Assembly: GCA_964651815.1 (NCBI GenBank)
Contig: CAZYWG010000007.1
Span: 5,129-69,128 of the forward strand
Source: an uncultured Gammaproteobacteria bacterium
GTDB lineage: Bacteria > Patescibacteriota > Microgenomatia > Levybacterales > GWA1-39-11
DNA length: 64,000 nt
Direction of reading: 5' to 3'
A program made the translations under genes and the position numbers. The notes under the pieces were generated by a model that saw only the letters and a program-made list of their open reading frames with translations, did not search any database and had not been told where the DNA came from. Positions 58,361 to 64,000 of this stretch are shown here, piece after piece (position 1 is the first letter of the stretch; each line of letters starts with the position of its first letter).

Positions 58361-59244
58361 CAAATCAAGAAAAAGCGAGACAACTTTGGGAACGGACAAG
58401 AAGTGAAAAATTTGCCGTAGGTGCCTTTAATGTTGACAACCAAGAAACGCTTATTGCCATTGCGCGTGCGGCAAAAGTCAAAAATGCGCCTGTTTTAGTA
58501 GAGCTTTCACAAGGAGAAATTGATGCAATCGGCGCGGCCAATATTCGCTCGCTCGTTGATAACTACAAAAAAGAACTTGGTATTGAAGCATATATTAATC
58601 TTGACCACTCGCCAAGCGTTGAAGCGGCAAAGATGGGAATTGATGCTGGATTTGAATTTATCCATATTGATCTATCTCAAGCGAAAAAGGATGCAACTGA
58701 TGAAGAAATAATTGCTGCAACTCGCGAAGTTGTTGAATATGCAAAGAAAACGGGCGCACTTGTTGAAAGCGAACCTCACTATTTTGGCGGGAGCTCAAAT
58801 GTTCACAAAGAAGATATAGATTATGAGGAAATTAAAAAAACGTTCAGTACCCCGGAAGGAGCAAAGGCTTTTGTTGAAGCAACCGGGATTGATACATTTG
58901 CTGCGGCAATTGGAAATCTGCATGGCAAATACCCAGTACCAAAAATTCTTGACATCGAACTCCTAAAGAAAATTCGGGAAGCCGTAACCTGCGCTATTTC
59001 TTTGCACGGTGGATCTGGCACTCCTGCCGAATACTTTCAGCAAGCAATTGGTGTTGGAGTGAGCAAAGTTAACATTAATTCAGACATGAGATATGCATTT
59101 CGGCAAGCCCTTGAAAAATCCCTTGCCGATAATCCCGACGAATACGCGGTTGTTAAATTAATGCCTGCTGTTATAGACGCAGTACAAAAGGTAGTGGAGG
59201 AGAAAATTGATATGTTCGGCTCAGCTGGCAAAGCACAGATATGA
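58357..59244 (+). CDS. fba: class II fructose/tagatose-bisphosphate aldolase
   Basis: VGAFNVDNQE N-terminus, LDHS ... HGGSG metal-binding regions. Confidence 0.85.
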   Translation: MTNQEKARQLWERTRSEKFAVGAFNVDNQETLIAIARAAKVKNAPVLVELSQGEIDAIGAANIRSLVDNYKKELGIEAYINLDHSPSVEAAKMGIDAGFEFIHIDLSQAKKDATDEEIIAATREVVEYAKKTGALVESEPHYFGGSSNVHKEDIDYEEIKKTFSTPEGAKAFVEATGIDTFAAAIGNLHGKYPVPKILDIELLKKIREAVTCAISLHGGSGTPAEYFQQAIGVGVSKVNINSDMRYAFRQALEKSLADNPDEYAVVKLMPAVIDAVQKVVEEKIDMFGSAGKAQI

Positions 59245-59690
59245 GAGTGTTTTTAGGGACAGATCACGCAGGGTTTGAATTAAAGGAAGAAATAAAAAAA
59301 TTCTTAACAGGTCTTGGATATGACGTAGAAGATTGTGGGGCGCACGAATTTAATCCCAATGATGACTATCCTGACTTTTGCGCTGCCGCGGCAAAAAAAG
59401 TTTCTGAAAACCCAGACTCAATAGGATTTGTTTTTGGAAAATCAGGGGCTGGAGAGGCAATTGTTGCAAATAAAATAAATGGAATTAGGGCAGTCTTGGC
59501 GGTAAGCGAAGAAAATGTAAGACTATCTCGCGAACACAACAATGCGAATGTTTTATCTCTTGGTTCAATTTTCTATGATACGGAAACTGCAAAAAACTTG
59601 TCAAAACTATTTCTTGAAACCCCATTTTCTGGTGAAACGCGACACAAAAGACGAATTGATAAAATAGAAGAAATCGAAAAAAATCAATAA
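59241..59690 (+). CDS. rpiB: ribose-5-phosphate isomerase B
   Basis: MRVFLGTDHAGFELKEEI N-terminus (RpiB/LacA fold). Confidence 0.88.
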   Translation: MRVFLGTDHAGFELKEEIKKFLTGLGYDVEDCGAHEFNPNDDYPDFCAAAAKKVSENPDSIGFVFGKSGAGEAIVANKINGIRAVLAVSEENVRLSREHNNANVLSLGSIFYDTETAKNLSKLFLETPFSGETRHKRRIDKIEEIEKNQ

Positions 59691-59694
59691 GAAG

Positions 59695-59733
59695 CGTGAT
59701 ACTTGTGATACCCCAGATACTCATGATACCCTT
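59695..59733. repeat. 9-bp tandem motif array (gTGATACTT gTGATACCC cAGATACTC aTGATACCC)
   Basis: Four units at exactly 9-bp spacing between rpiB and rpe. Confidence 0.6.
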
Positions 59734-59738
59734 CTAGT

Positions 59739-60368
59739 ATGCGAGTTATTCCTGGAGTCCTTGAAAAAAATTGGGGCGCTATTGAATCAAAACTTGAACA
59801 AATCAAAAAATTCACAAACACTGTCCACGTGGACATAATTGATGGGAAATTTGTTGATAACAAAACGTTTCTTGACCCCACACCCTTCAAAAAATATTCA
59901 GCCGACCTTTTTTTAGAAGTTCATATGATGGTTATTGATCCAATTGAATTTATCGAGCCATTTGCTGCGGCAGGATTTAGACGATTCTTAGGGCACTTGG
60001 AGCATATGACTTCTCAGAAGGAATTTGTCACAGAGGCAAAAAAATATGGCGAAGCTGGGCTCGCGCTCGACGGGCCAACTCATATCAAAGCAATAAAAGT
60101 TCCGTTTGAAACGCTTGACACAATTCTTATTTATACTTCAAAGCATGTAGGGTTTTCAGGACCGGCGCTTATGGATGACAGGCTTGATAAAATTCGCCAC
60201 TTGAGAAAACTTACGAATTTGCCAATTGAAGTAGATGGCGGAATCAATACCAAGTCAATCGACCGTGCAAAAGCAGCTGGCGCAATTCGCTTTGTCGCGA
60301 CAAGTGCTATCTGGGACTCTGAAAATCCAGCTGAAAAATACAAAAATCTCACGGATTTATTAGCTTAA
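59739..60368 (+). CDS. rpe: ribulose-phosphate 3-epimerase
   Basis: VHVDIIDGKFVDN (H-x-D metal site), 209 aa. Confidence 0.88.
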   Translation: MRVIPGVLEKNWGAIESKLEQIKKFTNTVHVDIIDGKFVDNKTFLDPTPFKKYSADLFLEVHMMVIDPIEFIEPFAAAGFRRFLGHLEHMTSQKEFVTEAKKYGEAGLALDGPTHIKAIKVPFETLDTILIYTSKHVGFSGPALMDDRLDKIRHLRKLTNLPIEVDGGINTKSIDRAKAAGAIRFVATSAIWDSENPAEKYKNLTDLLA

Positions 60369-61210
60369 TTCTGCTTATCGTAAATATATTTAGCAATTTT
60401 ACCGATAGTCTGTTTTGCATGGGTTTCATCTGTTATGTCTGATGTTAAAAATGCCAAAATAAACGGGCTTTTCCCATCAACTATTGCAACGTCATGAATC
60501 ATTCCTATTGCATCCCCAGTCTTGTGGTACACATTCACATTTTTGGGTAATTCACTTGGGATTCTATCCTCAAAGTCTGTGCCTTCCATAAAATCTAGAA
60601 GCTCTTTCGTCAATGCCTCATTTGCAACTTTGTGGTTATAAATCAGCTCGAGCAACTTTCCCATCTCGCGAGCTGTTGTTTTATCGTTTGCCATATCGGT
60701 AGAAACAAAACCCAAGCTATCAATATATTTTTGGACGTTTGAAAGATCAAGGCGAATTCCCAAAACATGCGCGGCCGTATTATCAGACTGTTCAAGAGAT
60801 AATTTAGCCAAAGTTTTTAGGGAAAATGATTGTCCCGCGCCTCCATATTGAATACTTCCTGTTCCATAATTTTGAATGTCGCTATCCTGAATTATTACCT
60901 TATCTTCAATGTTTACTTTTCCAAGTGAAGCCCTATTATATAGATAAGCAATTATTGGTAATTTATTAAGGGAAGCTGCAGTTAAAACTTCATTTTCATT
61001 TATTCCAAACGTAGTTCCCGTTTTTAAATCTTTATAGTAAATACTGTATGACCCTTTTTCACTTTTTAAAAGTTTTGCTATAACATCTTGTCTTACATCT
61101 TGTGAATTATCTTTTTGTATAGGTAGCGCAATTTGAGGCAGAAAAGTCATCATTCTCCCAACAAAAAGGAGTATTACCGAGTAGATTAAAAAAATAAAAA
61201 TCTTCTTCAT
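60365..61210 (-). CDS. class A beta-lactamase-like serine hydrolase
   Basis: Signal peptide; SxxK (AASLNK), SDN (EQSDNT) and KTG (HKTGDA) motifs in the class-A order. Confidence 0.65.
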   Translation of the reverse strand: MKKIFIFLIYSVILLFVGRMMTFLPQIALPIQKDNSQDVRQDVIAKLLKSEKGSYSIYYKDLKTGTTFGINENEVLTAASLNKLPIIAYLYNRASLGKVNIEDKVIIQDSDIQNYGTGSIQYGGAGQSFSLKTLAKLSLEQSDNTAAHVLGIRLDLSNVQKYIDSLGFVSTDMANDKTTAREMGKLLELIYNHKVANEALTKELLDFMEGTDFEDRIPSELPKNVNVYHKTGDAIGMIHDVAIVDGKSPFILAFLTSDITDETHAKQTIGKIAKYIYDKQN

Positions 61211-62730
61211 ATTTCCATTTTAGGTCTGTATTGAAGCGCTTCTAAAACATGTTCTCGCAAAATAGAATCGGAATTTGCCAAATCGGCAATAGTTTGCGCA
61301 ATTTTTATGACTTTGTGATAAGCACGCGCTGACAAAGATAATTTTATAAGAGCCTGCTTGAGAATTTCCTTTGCTTCCTCCGTAATTTTTGTTGATTCCT
61401 TTATATCACGGTTTGACATTTCGGAATTTGTGACGATACGCTTTTTTTTAAAACGGATTTCCTGTTTTTTACGCGCCAAAACTACACGCTTTCTGATTTT
61501 TAGAGAACTTTCTGCTGAAATTTCTTCATCTGCCACTATTTTTGCCGCTTTGACAGCCGGCACGTCAACATGGATATCTATGCGATCCAACATTGGCCCT
61601 GAGACTCTTTTTTGGTATTTCAAAATCTGCCCGTAATTACATTTGCATTCGTTATTTGGGTCACCATAAAAGCCGCAGGGACAAGGATTAAGCGCTGCAA
61701 CCAACATAAATCGGCTTGGAAATTGAACCCTCTGCTTGGCACGAGAAACTACAACATAACCATCTTCCAGAGGCTGGCGTAAAGCCTCCAAAACTTGACG
61801 CGGGAATTCCGGGAATTCGTCTAAAAATAAAACGCCGCGGTGCGCCAAAGACACCTCCCCGGGCTTGGGTACGGCGCTTCCACCAATTAAACCAATGTGG
61901 GAAGTTGTATGATGTGGACTCCTGAAAGGACGGACTACAACCAACGCATTTTTCCCAAGCAAACCCGAGATACTGTAAATTTTTGTGACCTCAATTGCTT
62001 CATTAAAAGTAAGCGGAGGCAAAATGGAGGGCAAAGTTTTTGCAATTAATGTTTTTCCTGACCCGGGCGGCCCCTTTAGGAGAATATTGTGTCCTCCGGC
62101 AACGGCTACTTCTATTGCACGTTTTACAAATTCCTGACCCTTAATGTCTTTCATGTCAAAATCGTATTCTTCTTCCTTAAGATACTTATCATAAGAAACA
62201 TTTTTAAAAGGTTTGAGTGGTAATTCGCCGGTTAAATGCAGGAAAATTTCTTTCAGGTTTTTGGCAGGATATATTTTAATTCCTGAAATAATTGCTGCTT
62301 CAAGCGCGTTATCAGCAGGTAAAAAAACATTCTCCATTTTTAATTCTTTTGCAAGTAAAACAACAGGTAAAACCCCATTTGTTTGCCTCAACGCCCCGTC
62401 TAAAGAAAGCTCGCCAATAAACATACTCTTTGAAACGTCCGCCTTAAGCTGTTCTGTTGCAAGAAGTATAGAAACCGCAATCGGCAAATCAAATGCAGAT
62501 CCTTCTTTTGGAAGGTCACCAGGTGCTAAATTTGTGGTAATTTTTTTCGCTGGAAAATCGGCTCCTATATTTTTAAGGGCTGAACGAACACGCTCTCTTG
62601 ATTCTCCAACTGCTTTGTCAGGCAATCCAACTATATTAAAAGCCGGAAGACCCGATAGAATATCTGTCTCGACTTCTACTAAAACCCCATCTAGACCAAC
62701 AACGCTCCCTGAAAATACCTTGGCAAACAT
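61207..62730 (-). CDS. comM: Mg-chelatase-like AAA+ protein YifB/ComM
   Basis: N-terminal Lon-like domain, Walker A GPPGSGKT, C-terminal Mg-chelatase-like domain. Confidence 0.88.
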   Translation of the reverse strand: MFAKVFSGSVVGLDGVLVEVETDILSGLPAFNIVGLPDKAVGESRERVRSALKNIGADFPAKKITTNLAPGDLPKEGSAFDLPIAVSILLATEQLKADVSKSMFIGELSLDGALRQTNGVLPVVLLAKELKMENVFLPADNALEAAIISGIKIYPAKNLKEIFLHLTGELPLKPFKNVSYDKYLKEEEYDFDMKDIKGQEFVKRAIEVAVAGGHNILLKGPPGSGKTLIAKTLPSILPPLTFNEAIEVTKIYSISGLLGKNALVVVRPFRSPHHTTSHIGLIGGSAVPKPGEVSLAHRGVLFLDEFPEFPRQVLEALRQPLEDGYVVVSRAKQRVQFPSRFMLVAALNPCPCGFYGDPNNECKCNYGQILKYQKRVSGPMLDRIDIHVDVPAVKAAKIVADEEISAESSLKIRKRVVLARKKQEIRFKKKRIVTNSEMSNRDIKESTKITEEAKEILKQALIKLSLSARAYHKVIKIAQTIADLANSDSILREHVLEALQYRPKMEI

Positions 62731-62857
62731 AGCATTAAGAATAGTGAATTATGAATCAAGAATCAAGAAGAAAATTAGTCATAATTCATGCTCCATGATT
62801 CACGTCTTGTTTACACCGAGGAATGAAGTGACGAACGTGTGCTAAAATACAACCACG

Positions 62858-64000
62858 ATGGATGACGTTGAAAAAATAAAACAAAAACTTGATGTTGTTG
62901 ACATAATTGGAGAGCGACTTCAATTGAAAAAAGCGGGGCGTAATTTTAAAGCTCCGTGTCCGTTTCATAATGAAAAAACAGCTTCTTTTGTAGTATCGCC
63001 CGAAAGACAAATTTGGCATTGTTTTGGGTGTCAAAAAGGAGGTGATTTGTTCACATTTATTCAAGAATATGAAAACGTTACGTTTTCAGAGGCCCTGAAG
63101 GAGTTGGCTAACAAGGCCGGAGTTAAACTTGTGGCAAGCCCCGCGCGTTCTGACCGTGAACGTAAACAAGAATTAATTTATTCCTTAAATCATTTATCCG
63201 CTCAATTTTATAACTATCTTTTACTTTCTCATCCGGCGGGAAAACGCGCGCTTTCCTACCTTACTGAAAAGCGCAAAATGACTATTCCTCTTATTAAAAC
63301 TTTTATGCTTGGTGTGGCGCCTGGAAATGATGCTTTAGTTAAATATTTAATAGGAAAAAAGAAATATAAAGAAGAAGATTTACTTTTTGCAGGACTTGCG
63401 TTTCAACGAGGCAGGGGAGTCTCCGATTTTTTCCGTGACAGAATTGTCTTCCCAATAATTGATCACCGAGGAAATATTGTTGCTTTTTCCGGACGTGCGC
63501 TTGATGATCAAACTCTGCCAAAATATGTAAATACTCGCGAAACTCCAGTTTATATAAAAGGAGATACACTTTTTGGCCTAAATCTTGCACGAGACGGCAT
63601 TAAAAGTGAAGGAAAAGTAATCCTTGTTGAAGGAGAATTTGATGTTATTACAGCGCACCGCGAAGGAATTACAAATATTGTCGCAGTCAAAGGCACGGCT
63701 CTCACTGAAAACCAGATAAAGCTTTTAAAACGCTTCACCCAAAAATTTGCCTTTTGTTTTGATACTGATCTGGCCGGCAACGCGGCCCAAAGACGAGGCC
63801 TTCAGATGATTGAGCATGAGGGGATAACGGCAACAGTCATTGTACCACCTGCCGGAAAAGATCCTGACGAGCTTTTAAATGAAAACCCTGTTTCTTTTAA
63901 AATAGCGGTGAAAGATGATGTGAATGTTTATGATTTTGTCATAAATTCCGCGACTTCTGAAAGTGATAATGAGACTGCCGAAGGCAAGAAGAAAATTCTT
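62858..64000 (+). CDS. dnaG: DNA primase (5' partial, runs off the window end)
   Basis: Hand-translated MDDVEKIKQKLDVVDIIGERLQLKKAGRNFKAPCPFHNEKTASFVVSPERQIWHCFGCQKGGD (zinc ribbon CPFH..C.GC), then a TOPRIM region (EGEFDVIT); no stop before 64000. Confidence 0.85.
   Translation, partial: MDDVEKIKQKLDVVDIIGERLQLKKAGRNFKAPCPFHNEKTASFVVSPERQIWHCFGCQKGGDLFTFIQEYENVTFSEALKELANKAGVKLVASPARSDRERKQELIYSLNHLSAQFYNYLLLSHPAGKRALSYLTEKRKMTIPLIKTFMLGVAPGNDALVKYLIGKKKYKEEDLLFAGLAFQRGRGVSDFFRDRIVFPIIDHRGNIVAFSGRALDDQTLPKYVNTRETPVYIKGDTLFGLNLARDGIKSEGKVILVEGEFDVITAHREGITNIVAVKGTALTENQIKLLKRFTQKFAFCFDTDLAGNAAQRRGLQMIEHEGITATVIVPPAGKDPDELLNENPVSFKIAVKDDVNVYDFVINSATSESDNETAEGKKKIL

Noticed and set aside
1-64000. 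CRISPR arrays, rRNA genes, transposases
   Set aside because: No regularly spaced identical repeats with unique spacers, no rRNA-like conserved stretches and no DDE transposase-like ORFs were seen. The only repeat families are the 37-bp pair, the 9-bp arrays and AT-rich microrepeats.

Overview
This window reads as a gene-dense, low-GC (~35-40%) bacterial segment. Its gene content looks like a Candidate Phyla Radiation (Patescibacteria) genome. Most genes are housekeeping: trxA, recF, gpsA, mutM, ftsH, yidD, cysS, trpS, murD, murI, valS, rnhA, two class-A PBPs, the rpmH-rnpA-yidC-jag operon, gap, pgk, fba, rpiB, rpe, comM and a 5' fragment of dnaG. A cluster of five tRNAs sits at 27.8-29.0 kb. 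The non-routine content is as follows. (1) A minus-strand tRNA(CAU) gene at 32467-32731 appears to be split in its anticodon loop by a compact ~195-nt group I intron with recognisable P1-P9 architecture. A free-standing ORF next to it carries an HTH domain and a LAGLIDADG-like motif. (2) A perfect 37-bp direct repeat (6581-6617 and 7791-7827) duplicates the last codons, stop and start junction of a Fic gene and brackets a 1.17-kb cassette. The repeat supplies the RBS and ATG for two different downstream ORFs, one of which is stop/start-coupled to an ATP-dependent DNA ligase. (3) A GC-rich block (~16.87-18.25 kb) carries a front-end-type membrane fatty-acid desaturase (HDAGH / HNAHH / QVEHH), probably acquired horizontally. 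(4) An archaeal-type endonuclease Q (PHP domain plus zinc finger) sits beside an MGMT C-terminal-domain protein and the ligase. (5) A 9-bp tandem motif NTGATACYC recurs as 3-4-copy arrays in three separate intergenic regions. (6) A ~180-nt ORF-free, hairpin-rich segment lies inside the tRNA cluster and is unassigned. No CRISPR array, rRNA or obvious transposase was seen.
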